A stretch of DNA of 64,000 bases from Bacilli bacterium (GTDB lineage Bacteria; Bacillota_I; Bacilli_A; RFN20; CAG-826), in the NCBI GenBank assembly GCA_024408105.1, contig JAKSVG010000001.1:50854-114853 (forward strand), read 5' to 3'. A program made the translations under genes and the position numbers. Below the pieces are notes generated by a model, which searched no databases, was not told the DNA's origin, and saw nothing but the letters and a program-made list of their open reading frames with translations. Positions 10,166 through 19,157 of the stretch are shown piece by piece. Every line of letters begins with the position of its first letter. The first letter of the stretch is position 1.

Positions 10166-11376
10166 TGCAAAATAATGAAGCTTTCTCAGTTACAGCTTTA
10201 AACAAATACATCAAACTTATGTTTGATAATAATTTTTCGTTGCGAAATTTAACTGTGAAAGGTGAAATTTCAAATCTAAAAAAATATCCAAGCGGCCATG
10301 TGTATTTTTCATTAAAAGATGAAGAATCTGTCATCAAAGCTGTTATGTTTTATGATTATGCAAAGCATCTCAACCAAAACATCAAAGATGGCGATGAGGT
10401 ACTTGTCACAGGAAATGTCAGCGTATATCCATCTAGGGGTGAATATCAAATATATGCAGTCGCAATGGAACTAAATGGAGCTGGAGCTCAGCTTTTAGAA
10501 TTGGAACTTCTTAAAAAGAAACTTGCCGCAGAGGGATTATTCGACATCTCTCGCAAAAGAAAAATTAATATTTTTCCAAAATCTGTTGGCGTTATTTGCG
10601 CGCCTAACTCAGCGGCAATGGCTGATATAGTCACGAATTTGCTCCGCAGATTTCCTCTTGTAGAGGTCAAAAAATTCCCTAGCCTTGTCCAAGGTAGCGA
10701 AGCAGTAAAATCGCTCTTAAATGCCTTAAATGAGGCCAAAAACAGCAATTTAGATACATTGATTATCGGTCGAGGTGGTGGAGCAAGCGAAGACTTGAGC
10801 GCATTTAATGACGAAACGCTTGTGCGCAAACTCGCAAACTTCCCAGTCCCAACAATAAGTGCTGTCGGCCACGAAATTGATTTTACACTGATAGATTATG
10901 TTGCTGATGCCAGAGCATCAACTCCCACAGGAGCTGCAGAATTAGCAACAGTTGATAAAAGAGAGATATTTCAAAAATTAGATCATGCTGATTCATCATT
11001 AACTAAGTTAATAGAAGACAAGAATGAACGTTATAGATCAAAGCTTGAATCAATTAGCAAAAGACCTTTCTTTATTAATCCAAAAACAATGTATATTGAT
11101 AAGTTGAAGGATTTAAAAATCATTAGTGATAAACTTAATTTAGTTGTAAAGCATCTTATAGATGAGAAAATCAATTATATAAATTCTCAAAGCAAACATT
11201 TGCATGCATTATCTCCCAATGGAGTTTTAAAAAGAGGTTACTCAATATTGCAAAACGAGAATGGCGCAGTTATTAACAGCACATCGATGATAAAGTTAGA
11301 TTCTACTGTTAAAACAGTATTAGCTGACGGAATAATAACATCAAAAGTTATAAAAAAGGAGAGCAAAAATGGATAG
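10162..11376 (+). CDS. xseA: Exodeoxyribonuclease VII large subunit.
   Basis: N-terminal OB fold plus catalytic domain, 404 aa. Followed immediately by xseB with an overlap. Confidence 0.88.
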   Translation: MMQNNEAFSVTALNKYIKLMFDNNFSLRNLTVKGEISNLKKYPSGHVYFSLKDEESVIKAVMFYDYAKHLNQNIKDGDEVLVTGNVSVYPSRGEYQIYAVAMELNGAGAQLLELELLKKKLAAEGLFDISRKRKINIFPKSVGVICAPNSAAMADIVTNLLRRFPLVEVKKFPSLVQGSEAVKSLLNALNEAKNSNLDTLIIGRGGGASEDLSAFNDETLVRKLANFPVPTISAVGHEIDFTLIDYVADARASTPTGAAELATVDKREIFQKLDHADSSLTKLIEDKNERYRSKLESISKRPFFINPKTMYIDKLKDLKIISDKLNLVVKHLIDEKINYINSQSKHLHALSPNGVLKRGYSILQNENGAVINSTSMIKLDSTVKTVLADGIITSKVIKKESKNG

Positions 11377-11557
11377 TAGTAAATTTGATTTTGAAAAATC
11401 ACTAAAAAGATTAGACGAAATTGTTGAAAAAGTAGAAAACGAAACCCTTCCTTTGGAAGAAACATTAAAATTGTATGAAGAAGGCAAGAAACTTATCAAG
11501 GAATTAGAGTCTACACTAAAAGAGGCTGAAAAGAAAATAGAGGAACTATCAAAATAA
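11369..11557 (+). CDS. xseB: Exodeoxyribonuclease VII small subunit.
   Basis: 62-aa coiled-coil protein (FEKSLKRLDEIVEKVENETLPLEE) overlapping the xseA stop. Confidence 0.85.
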   Translation: MDSSKFDFEKSLKRLDEIVEKVENETLPLEETLKLYEEGKKLIKELESTLKEAEKKIEELSK

Positions 11558-11604
11558 CATAGTTAAATTGTGTTATTAGTATTTTTTTAGTATTTATTTA
11601 GTTT

Positions 11605-13476
11605 ATGTCAAAAAAGAGAATTAACAAAGTTAAACATATCGATATTAGTGAGATAAAAAATCCTAAGTTTTTAGGAGGGCTATCTTTTAACGAACTCAAA
11701 GTTTTGGCTGAAGATATCCGTTCTGAAATTTTAAGAGTCACAAGTGTTTACGGTGGTCATCTATCAAGCAATTTAGGTGCAGTTGAATTAACTATTGCTT
11801 TGAATAGAATTTTCGACTTTTCAACTGATAAGTTGATATTTGATGTTGGCCATCAATGCTATACATATAAAATTTTAACAGGAAGATCACTTGAAGGGTT
11901 GAGGACTGAAAATGGGGTTTCTGGATTCCAAAAAATCAAAGAATCAAAATATGATTGTTATGAAGCAGGCCATTCATCAACTTCCATAAGTGCTGCAAAT
12001 GGCTTTGCCATTGCTAGAGATTTAAATAAAGAATCATATAACGTTGTAGCTTTTATTGGTGATGCTTCAATTGTTTCCGGCTTGGCTTTTGAAGGTTTAA
12101 ATAATCTAGCATCATCTAACCATAAGGTTATTGTTGTTTTAAACGACAATGGTATGTCTATTTCTAAACCTGCAGGTGGTGTGGGGAAAATGTTCGCACG
12201 CATCTCATCAGCTGCAGGCTACAATCGTATGAAGGTCGCTTATAGAAAAGTAATGTTTAAAACCAAATTCGGTAAAAGCGTGTATAACACAACTCTTAAA
12301 TTTAAAAATTGGTTTAAACGAAAAGTCGTACCACAAACTATTTTTGACTCCATCGGTTTATCCTATATTGGGCCTATAGATGGTCATAATATTAAAGCTA
12401 TTGAAAAAGCATTAAAAAGAGCTAAAAACACAACAAAATCAGTTGTTGTCCATTGCTGTACCTTAAAAGGTAAAGGATACAAATTTTCAGAAAATGACAC
12501 AACAGGATATTGGCATGGCGTTACCCCTTTTGAAGTCGAAACTGGAAAACCAAAAAATGAACACCCTGGTTTTAACTCCTGGTCTCATATCTTTGGAGAC
12601 TTAACAATGAGAATTATGGAAAAGCATAATAATGCTTATCTCATATCTCCAGCAACAATGAAAGGCGCAAGTATGGATGAAGCGTTTACTAAATATCGTG
12701 AACGCTCTATCGATGTTGGCATAGCTGAAGAACACGCTGTTACACTAGCTAGTGGCATAGCAGTTAATGGCTATCATCCTGTTATAAGCATTTACTCTAC
12801 ATTTATGCAAAGAGCATACGATGAAATATCACACGATATAGCGCGTATGAATTGCAATGCAACATTTCTAGTCGATCGTGCTGGTTTAGTGGGCTCTGAT
12901 GGCGAAACACATCAAGGCATCTATGATGTAGCATTCTTATATAGTGTGCCTAATACTGTAATCACAATGCCTTCAAGCATAGATGAAGCAAATTATTTGT
13001 ATGAAGAGTCGTTCAACAATCATGGACCATTCTTTATAAGAATACCTAGATGTATGGTGAAGCATGAAGAAACAATACACGCTTTATCCTACGAGTACGG
13101 AAAATGGCCAAAACTCAAAGAATCCCAAAACAAAAAGTTGGCAATTGCTGGGGTTGGACCACTCTTAAGAGAACTTGCAAAACTCATTGAAGAGAATGGC
13201 ATCGACTGTACAATTTATAACGCAATTTATATTAAACCGATGGATGATGCAGCAATTTCTGAGCTCACATCATACGATAAAATCGTGATTTATGACCCTT
13301 ATTCAACCCAAGAAGGCTTTGTAAATGCGCTAATAAGCAATTTATCGTTAAAAAACTTTAAAGGGCTAATTTCGCCGTTTGTGATAAAAAATGAGTTTAT
13401 TACGCAGGCAACAGTTGAAAAACAATTAGAACGATATGGCTTAATGCCTCAACAAATAATTGATTCAATTAAATAA
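11605..13476 (+). CDS. dxs: 1-deoxy-D-xylulose-5-phosphate synthase (MEP pathway).
   Basis: ThDP enzyme with GHSSTSISAANG and GDASIVSGLAFEGLNN motifs. 623 aa. No SD sequence upstream. Confidence 0.9.
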   Translation: MSKKRINKVKHIDISEIKNPKFLGGLSFNELKVLAEDIRSEILRVTSVYGGHLSSNLGAVELTIALNRIFDFSTDKLIFDVGHQCYTYKILTGRSLEGLRTENGVSGFQKIKESKYDCYEAGHSSTSISAANGFAIARDLNKESYNVVAFIGDASIVSGLAFEGLNNLASSNHKVIVVLNDNGMSISKPAGGVGKMFARISSAAGYNRMKVAYRKVMFKTKFGKSVYNTTLKFKNWFKRKVVPQTIFDSIGLSYIGPIDGHNIKAIEKALKRAKNTTKSVVVHCCTLKGKGYKFSENDTTGYWHGVTPFEVETGKPKNEHPGFNSWSHIFGDLTMRIMEKHNNAYLISPATMKGASMDEAFTKYRERSIDVGIAEEHAVTLASGIAVNGYHPVISIYSTFMQRAYDEISHDIARMNCNATFLVDRAGLVGSDGETHQGIYDVAFLYSVPNTVITMPSSIDEANYLYEESFNNHGPFFIRIPRCMVKHEETIHALSYEYGKWPKLKESQNKKLAIAGVGPLLRELAKLIEENGIDCTIYNAIYIKPMDDAAISELTSYDKIVIYDPYSTQEGFVNALISNLSLKNFKGLISPFVIKNEFITQATVEKQLERYGLMPQQIIDSIK

Positions 13477-13482
13477 CATTTA

Positions 13483-13526
13483 AGCATATCTTGGTTAACA
13501 TAATATTGATATGCTTTTTTATTTTA
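13483..13526 (+). terminator. Rho-independent terminator of dxs.
   Basis: Stem agcatatc / gatatgct around a 17-nt loop, followed by ttttttatttt. Confidence 0.55.
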
Positions 13527-13540
13527 TCTAAAATAATAAT

Positions 13541-14743
13541 ATGTCAAAGATTATTCTCCATATTGATTTGAACCAATTCTTTGTTCGCTGCGAAGAAATT
13601 AAAAATCCTAACCTTATAGGAAAACCAGTTATTATTGGACACGATGGTCGAGGCGGAATTGTTTCAACATGTTCATATGAGGCAAGAAAATTTGGCATCA
13701 AAAGCGGTATGCCAACATTCATGGCTATTAAATTAAATCCAAAAGTGATAATGATTCCAGGCGATTATAAATTTTATTCGTCAATGTCGCGAAAATTTAT
13801 TAATTTTATTAAAACAAAAGCAACGAATATAGAACAAGCCTCAATTGATGAGTGTTATGTTGATATGACAAAAGAATTAAAAGACGTAAAAAATGTTGAG
13901 CAATATCTTTTAGATATGCAAAACGAGTTATATGAAAAAACGGGGTTAAAATGTTCAATAGGCGTAGCTCCCACCAAATTTCTTGCAAAAATGGGGAGCG
14001 ATATGAAAAAACCAATGGGATTAACTATAATTCGCCGAAAAGACATAAGAAAAATGATTTATCCGTTGCCCATTAGTGATTTTTATGGAATTGGTAAGAA
14101 AACTACGCCTAAATTAGAAAAGATTGGAATTAAAACTATCGGTGATTTAGCAATAAGAGTAAATAATGATGACAAAGTCATAAAAAACGAATTAGGCAAA
14201 TTCTTTTTTGCGGTAAAAGATATGATTAATGGACAGAGCAGCGATTATGTAGACTCTGAACCATTTGATCCAAAATCAATTGGTAATAGCCATACGCTTC
14301 CATTTGATACAAATAGCTATAATGATTTGAAAGAAAATTTAGTTATATTGGCCGAGGAAGTATCACAACGAGCAAAAGAAGCAAATAAGGTTGGAACAAC
14401 AGTTCAAGTAGTTCTAAAAGATAACGGATTCAAAGTTATCAATAGATCTATATCATTTAGCAAGCCAACCAACGATTTTGATGTAATCAAATCTTATACA
14501 ATTCAATTGTTAGACAAAAACTACGATAGCGAAAAAATGATTAGGTTAGTAGGAGTAACACTTCAAAATCTAATTAACCCTTCGGAGGTTACTATTCAAA
14601 TGTCTATTTTTGACGATTTTGAGAAGATAAAAGAAGAATGCGCAACAAAGTTGCTCATTTCAGAACTAAATAGAAAAATGAACAAGTCTGTTTTTAAGAC
14701 TGCTGCAGAATTGGAGTCAGAAAAAAGAAATGGAAGTAAATGA
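13541..14743 (+). CDS. dinB: DNA polymerase IV (Y-family).
   Basis: N-terminal HIDLNQFF plus catalytic DE residues; UmuC/DinB fold. 400 aa. Confidence 0.88.
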   Translation: MSKIILHIDLNQFFVRCEEIKNPNLIGKPVIIGHDGRGGIVSTCSYEARKFGIKSGMPTFMAIKLNPKVIMIPGDYKFYSSMSRKFINFIKTKATNIEQASIDECYVDMTKELKDVKNVEQYLLDMQNELYEKTGLKCSIGVAPTKFLAKMGSDMKKPMGLTIIRRKDIRKMIYPLPISDFYGIGKKTTPKLEKIGIKTIGDLAIRVNNDDKVIKNELGKFFFAVKDMINGQSSDYVDSEPFDPKSIGNSHTLPFDTNSYNDLKENLVILAEEVSQRAKEANKVGTTVQVVLKDNGFKVINRSISFSKPTNDFDVIKSYTIQLLDKNYDSEKMIRLVGVTLQNLINPSEVTIQMSIFDDFEKIKEECATKLLISELNRKMNKSVFKTAAELESEKRNGSK

Positions 14744-15608
14744 TGCAATCGATTTATTTATCCAATACCTTAGAGTAGAAAAAGGCGTGAGCGAGGATAC
14801 GGTCAAGTCATACTTATATGATTTAAAGCAATTTTTCTTAGCGTTGCCTAAAAAAGATACAGCTGAATTTCTGCCAGTTGATATAGCAGACTTTATTAAA
14901 ATACAAAATAAAAAAATGCTATCAAGTTCTACGGTTTTAAGAAGACTTTCATCGACAAAAAACTTTTATTTATTTTGCCAAAGAGAACATATTATTGATT
15001 TTAATATCAATAAATTTGAAACGCCAAAAGGGATGAAACATCTTCCTATTTCAATATCAGTTGAAGAGGTTGAGAATTTGCTTAATGCACCAAATGAAGA
15101 AAAGCCTGAAGGATTAAGAGATCGTGCAATGCTAGAAACAATGTATTCTAGCGGACTTCGTGTTAGCGAACTTATTATGCTAAAAATATCACAAGTCAAT
15201 TTTGACAAAGGCATCATAAATGTTATCGGTAAAGGAAACAAACAAAGAAAAGTACCAATCGGAGATTTTGCTTTGGATTATGTCCAAAAATATGTTCAGA
15301 CAGCAAGATATAAGAATCCAGGAAAAAATACTCCTTATTTATTTTTAAATAGATATGGTCAACCTATTTCCAGGCAATTCTTTTTCAAACAAGTTAAAAA
15401 ATATGCAGAACAGGTTGGAATAGAAGAAAATATCTCGCCTCATACTTTAAGGCATTGCTTTGCAACGCATCTTTTGGAAAATGGGGCTGAACTTAGAGCG
15501 GTGCAAGAAATGCTCGGACACACAAATATTGCAACAACGCAAATTTATACCAATATTTCAAGCAAGCGCATTATGAGTGCGTATGATTTGTATGTGAAAC
15601 GAAAATAG
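14730..15608 (+). CDS. xerD: Tyrosine site-specific recombinase XerD (RipX-like).
   Basis: C-terminal R...HxxR...Y catalytic region (LRHCFATHLL...GHTNIATTQIYT). 292 aa. Lies upstream of deoB as in B. subtilis. Confidence 0.85.
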   Translation: MEVNDAIDLFIQYLRVEKGVSEDTVKSYLYDLKQFFLALPKKDTAEFLPVDIADFIKIQNKKMLSSSTVLRRLSSTKNFYLFCQREHIIDFNINKFETPKGMKHLPISISVEEVENLLNAPNEEKPEGLRDRAMLETMYSSGLRVSELIMLKISQVNFDKGIINVIGKGNKQRKVPIGDFALDYVQKYVQTARYKNPGKNTPYLFLNRYGQPISRQFFFKQVKKYAEQVGIEENISPHTLRHCFATHLLENGAELRAVQEMLGHTNIATTQIYTNISSKRIMSAYDLYVKRK

Positions 15609-15642
15609 TGATAATATAATTATCGTCTAAGGGAGTGAAAAA

Positions 15643-16836
15643 ATGAAATTTAAAAGAATATTTGTTATTGTAGCAGATTCAGCTGGAATTGGAGAAATGC
15701 CTGATGCTGCCAAATTTGGTGACGCAGGAACAAATACATTTGTTCATACTTCAGAAAAGTGTGGCGGATTAAATGTACCAGTCATGAATTCAATGGGTTT
15801 AGGCGAATTAGCTCCTGTCCTTGGAACAAGCAAAGTTTCTCATCCAAATTCATATTGCATGAGACTAAGAGAAGCAAGTGCTGGAAAAGACACTATGACT
15901 GGACACTGGGAAATGATGGGAATTTACACAACCAAACCATTCCAGACATTTACCGATACAGGTTTTCCTCAAAGTTTAATCGAAGAATTAGAAAAACGCA
16001 CTGGTCACAAAATAATTGGCAACAAAGCCGCAAGTGGAACAGAAATTCTTAAAGAATTAGGCGAAGAACAAAAACGAGATAATTCTTTAATTGTATATAC
16101 ATCCGCTGATAGCGTTCTCCAAATTGCTGCTCATGAAGAAACTACTGGTGTAAAAGAGTTATATAGATGCTGTGATATAGCCCGCGAACTATGTATGAAA
16201 CCCGAATATTTTGTCGGAAGAATCATTGCAAGACCTTTTATTGGTGACAGCGCAGAAACATTTAAACGTACTCCAAATAGACATGATATAGCTGTCAGCC
16301 CAACTGGTACGACTGTTATGAATATTTTGCAAGATAACCATTTTATGGTTAGTTGCGTTGGAAAAATAGGAGACATTTTCAACCAGGTCGGAGTTGTCAA
16401 AACCCAAAAGACTGTGAGCAATATGGATGGAATGGATAAAACAATTGACGAAGCTAAAAATCACGATTTTGAAGGATTGTGCTATGTCAATCTAGTTGAA
16501 TTTGATTCCGAATATGGTCATAGAAGAAACGCACTAGGATATGGAAAAGCATTAGAAGAATTCGATGTTCGCATAGGCGAACTCATAAAAGTTCTACACG
16601 ACGATGACTTACTAATGATTACAGCAGATCACGGAAACGATCCAACCCATACCGGGACAGATCATACAAGGGAAAAAGTTCCTTTACTTGTTTATAGTAA
16701 ATCATTCAAAAACGGAAGATATCTTGATGAAAGATCTACATTCGCAGATATTGGTGGTACAATTCTCAAAAACTTTGGGTTAAAGAAATCAGACAATGAG
16801 ATTGGAGAACCAATCTATGAGTTGTTCGAAGATTAG
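15643..16836 (+). CDS. deoB: Phosphopentomutase.
   Basis: MKFKRIFVIVADSAGIGEMPDA... is typical of DeoB/Drm (alkaline phosphatase superfamily). 397 aa. GGGAG RBS. Confidence 0.9.
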   Translation: MKFKRIFVIVADSAGIGEMPDAAKFGDAGTNTFVHTSEKCGGLNVPVMNSMGLGELAPVLGTSKVSHPNSYCMRLREASAGKDTMTGHWEMMGIYTTKPFQTFTDTGFPQSLIEELEKRTGHKIIGNKAASGTEILKELGEEQKRDNSLIVYTSADSVLQIAAHEETTGVKELYRCCDIARELCMKPEYFVGRIIARPFIGDSAETFKRTPNRHDIAVSPTGTTVMNILQDNHFMVSCVGKIGDIFNQVGVVKTQKTVSNMDGMDKTIDEAKNHDFEGLCYVNLVEFDSEYGHRRNALGYGKALEEFDVRIGELIKVLHDDDLLMITADHGNDPTHTGTDHTREKVPLLVYSKSFKNGRYLDERSTFADIGGTILKNFGLKKSDNEIGEPIYELFED

Positions 16837-17791
16837 AAAAATTTCAATTTTGCCTTTATTGACAATAGCCTTAATTAGTTGTTCTAAAACTAAGCAAAGT
16901 CTCATGTGCGTGTGTCCTAAGGGAGCACCTGCACTTAGTTTTTATAACGTAAATTTCGAAGAAATTGAATTCAGATCAGAACCAACACTAGTTTTATCAG
17001 AATTACAAAAAAATGATTTTGATATGGTTGTTTTCGACTCGATTAATGGATTAAAAAGCTGCGTGAAAAACAAAGCTAACTATGCTTTAGCAAAGCTAAT
17101 TACAGGTGGCAATTTCTATTTAGTAGGAATTGATGTAAAGCCATTAAGCGATGGAAGTTATCCTCTCCCAAAGAGTGATGACATAGTTGTTTCGTTTGGG
17201 CAAAACCTAATACCAGATTTAGTTTATTCAAAACTATGTTCTGACTTTTGGCACATAGAAAATAATGCACATTACGTTAATAGCGTAAACGATGCCTTGG
17301 CCGTATTGAAAAGTGGAAGATATAGTGGTGGAAATGCCAATTACGTATTTATTGCTGAACCAGCATTAACAGCAGCATTAAACGACAAAACATGCGAAAC
17401 ATACGGAAAAGTTAACATAGTTAAAAATATACGTTCAGAATGGAAAATTTATTCTGGCCAAGATGGGTTAGCTCAAGCTGGTATATTCGTGAACAAATCT
17501 TCATATGAAAAGAGAAAAGATGAATTGCATAAATATATTGTTAATGTAGAAAATGCTATTGAAACCGCTATAAACGATCCTTTAAGTGTAAAACACGATA
17601 TGGATTCAAAGCTGAGTCTTAATGAACAAATTGAAAAATACGGGTTTAATTCAAACACAGTTCTTCAAGTCCAAAGTGATAACCGCAATGGATTCGGATT
17701 AGTGGGGAAAAATGAATCAATTGACGTTAATAAATTTTTGGAATACTTAGGACAAAGTCCTATACCAGAGGATTATTTTATTGAAGTATGA
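16817..17791 (+). CDS. Lipoprotein, putative ABC-transporter substrate-binding protein.
   Basis: Signal peptide with lipobox LISC|S. GGAGAA RBS in front of ATG 16817. The ORF-track start at 16796 overlaps deoB more deeply. Directly followed, with overlap, by a permease gene. Confidence 0.6.
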   Translation: MSCSKIRKISILPLLTIALISCSKTKQSLMCVCPKGAPALSFYNVNFEEIEFRSEPTLVLSELQKNDFDMVVFDSINGLKSCVKNKANYALAKLITGGNFYLVGIDVKPLSDGSYPLPKSDDIVVSFGQNLIPDLVYSKLCSDFWHIENNAHYVNSVNDALAVLKSGRYSGGNANYVFIAEPALTAALNDKTCETYGKVNIVKNIRSEWKIYSGQDGLAQAGIFVNKSSYEKRKDELHKYIVNVENAIETAINDPLSVKHDMDSKLSLNEQIEKYGFNSNTVLQVQSDNRNGFGLVGKNESIDVNKFLEYLGQSPIPEDYFIEV

Positions 17792-18561
17792 GAAGAATCA
17801 CAAGATTTTATAAAAATAATCGTATTCTAATTTGGACAATTATCGGAACAGGAACATTGTTTTTACTTTGGTGGATAATTTCATTGCTTGTAAATTCAAC
17901 ATTGTTTCCTGGCCCACAAGTGGTTGTTCCAGAATTTGTGGCGCATTTAGGCAAAGGGGGCACATATCTTGCAATTGGAGGAACATTAATAAGGTTATTA
18001 ATCTCGATTGCTTTAGGTTTTTTCTTTGGAATACTTCTAGGTATATTTGGTGGTCTTTCAGTTGGGTTTAGAGCATTTATGAGACCGTTTATTATTGTTT
18101 TTAGAACAATTCCAACGGCAGCAGTCGTTTTCATTATAGTCGCTTTGCTAAAACCAATGTTTGCACCGACAATTATCGTATTTCTAATTGTGTTCCCAAT
18201 TCTCTATGAATCGGTTGTCAGCGGAATTACAAACGTAGATCAATCAATTGTTGACGCACTAAAAATCGATGGAACAAATGTTAGAAAGGCAGTATTCAAA
18301 ATATATTTGCCATTATCATGGAGTTATATTCTTTTAGGATTGGTATCAAGCATTGGCTTAGGAATGAAAGTTGGAATAATGAGTGAAATATTAGCTGGAA
18401 GCGATTCGGCAAATGGGCTTGGAAAGCTAATTCGTGATGCTGCGACAATTGCTGATATGAAAGGCGTTTTGTCCTATTCGTTAATCGCTATCATATTGAT
18501 TGGGTTAATTGATATAGGAATGTATTTCCTGAAGAAAAAATTAAAAAATTATGCAAGATAA
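17788..18561 (+). CDS. ABC importer permease (binding-protein-dependent inner-membrane component, NitT/TauT-like).
   Basis: Six TM helices and an EAA-loop motif (VDALKIDGTNVRKAVFKIYLPLS). The start overlaps the stop of the lipoprotein gene (ATGA). Confidence 0.75.
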   Translation: MRRITRFYKNNRILIWTIIGTGTLFLLWWIISLLVNSTLFPGPQVVVPEFVAHLGKGGTYLAIGGTLIRLLISIALGFFFGILLGIFGGLSVGFRAFMRPFIIVFRTIPTAAVVFIIVALLKPMFAPTIIVFLIVFPILYESVVSGITNVDQSIVDALKIDGTNVRKAVFKIYLPLSWSYILLGLVSSIGLGMKVGIMSEILAGSDSANGLGKLIRDAATIADMKGVLSYSLIAIILIGLIDIGMYFLKKKLKNYAR

Positions 18562-18563
18562 CC

Positions 18564-18590
18564 AAGCCATTGAAATGTGGCTTTTTTTCT
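18564..18590 (+). terminator. Rho-independent terminator of the deoB-SBP-permease operon.
   Basis: Hairpin aagcca-ttgaaatg-tggctt followed by ttttttt. Confidence 0.75.
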
Positions 18591-18799
18591 TGCAAACCAA
18601 GCAAAAATTGGAGTGGTAGTGAATCATAATTAGTAGATATTTAGTAGTTTTTATCCACAAAAATAATTGTTGAAAGATGGTTATTAGATATTTTATGCAA
18701 TCATTTGTTTTCGAAAAATATTCAAAAAAGATTCGATGAATACTTATATTTATACATTTTGGTTAACATAATAGTGATTATACGAAGTTATATGTTTTT

Positions 18800-18826
18800 A
18801 AGAAAACGTGCTTTTTAGTCAGCACG
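18800..18826 (-). terminator. Rho-independent terminator of the yqeG...rsfS operon (minus strand).
   Basis: On the minus strand: cgtgct-gactaaaa-agcacg followed by tttt, 8 nt after the rsfS stop. Confidence 0.7.
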
Positions 18827-18833
18827 GCTTCTC

Positions 18834-19157
18834 TTACTTAGATTTTAGTAATTCATCAAGACTAATTCTATCGCGTTCTTCTTTCGTAAAGATGTTTACA
18901 ATTACATGATGAGCATCAATTAATATCCAACCAGATTCTGCTTTCCCTTCAATGTGCCCAATGCTTATTTTATTCTTTTCAAATTCATCTTCAATCAATT
19001 CGACAAGCGCTTTTAACTGTCTGTTACTTCCTGCTGTTGCTAAAACATAATAATCAGCGAATGGGGTTTTATCCTTAACATCAATTACTTGAATATTTTC
19101 AGCCTTATGTTCGTTTAAAACTTTTTCGGCTAAAGACACGGTTTTATCTTTTTTCAT
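18834..19157 (-). CDS. rsfS: Ribosomal silencing factor RsfS (Iojap/YqeL).
   Basis: 107 aa. Conserved YYVLATAGSNRQLKAL core. Follows nadD/yqeK as in B. subtilis. Confidence 0.88.
   Translation of the reverse strand: MKKDKTVSLAEKVLNEHKAENIQVIDVKDKTPFADYYVLATAGSNRQLKALVELIEDEFEKNKISIGHIEGKAESGWILIDAHHVIVNIFTKEERDRISLDELLKSK

Noticed and set aside
18661-18669. Consensus DnaA box read as a chromosomal replication origin.
   Set aside because: Only a single box. There is no cluster, no adjacent dnaA or dnaN, and no AT-rich DUE pattern beyond background.
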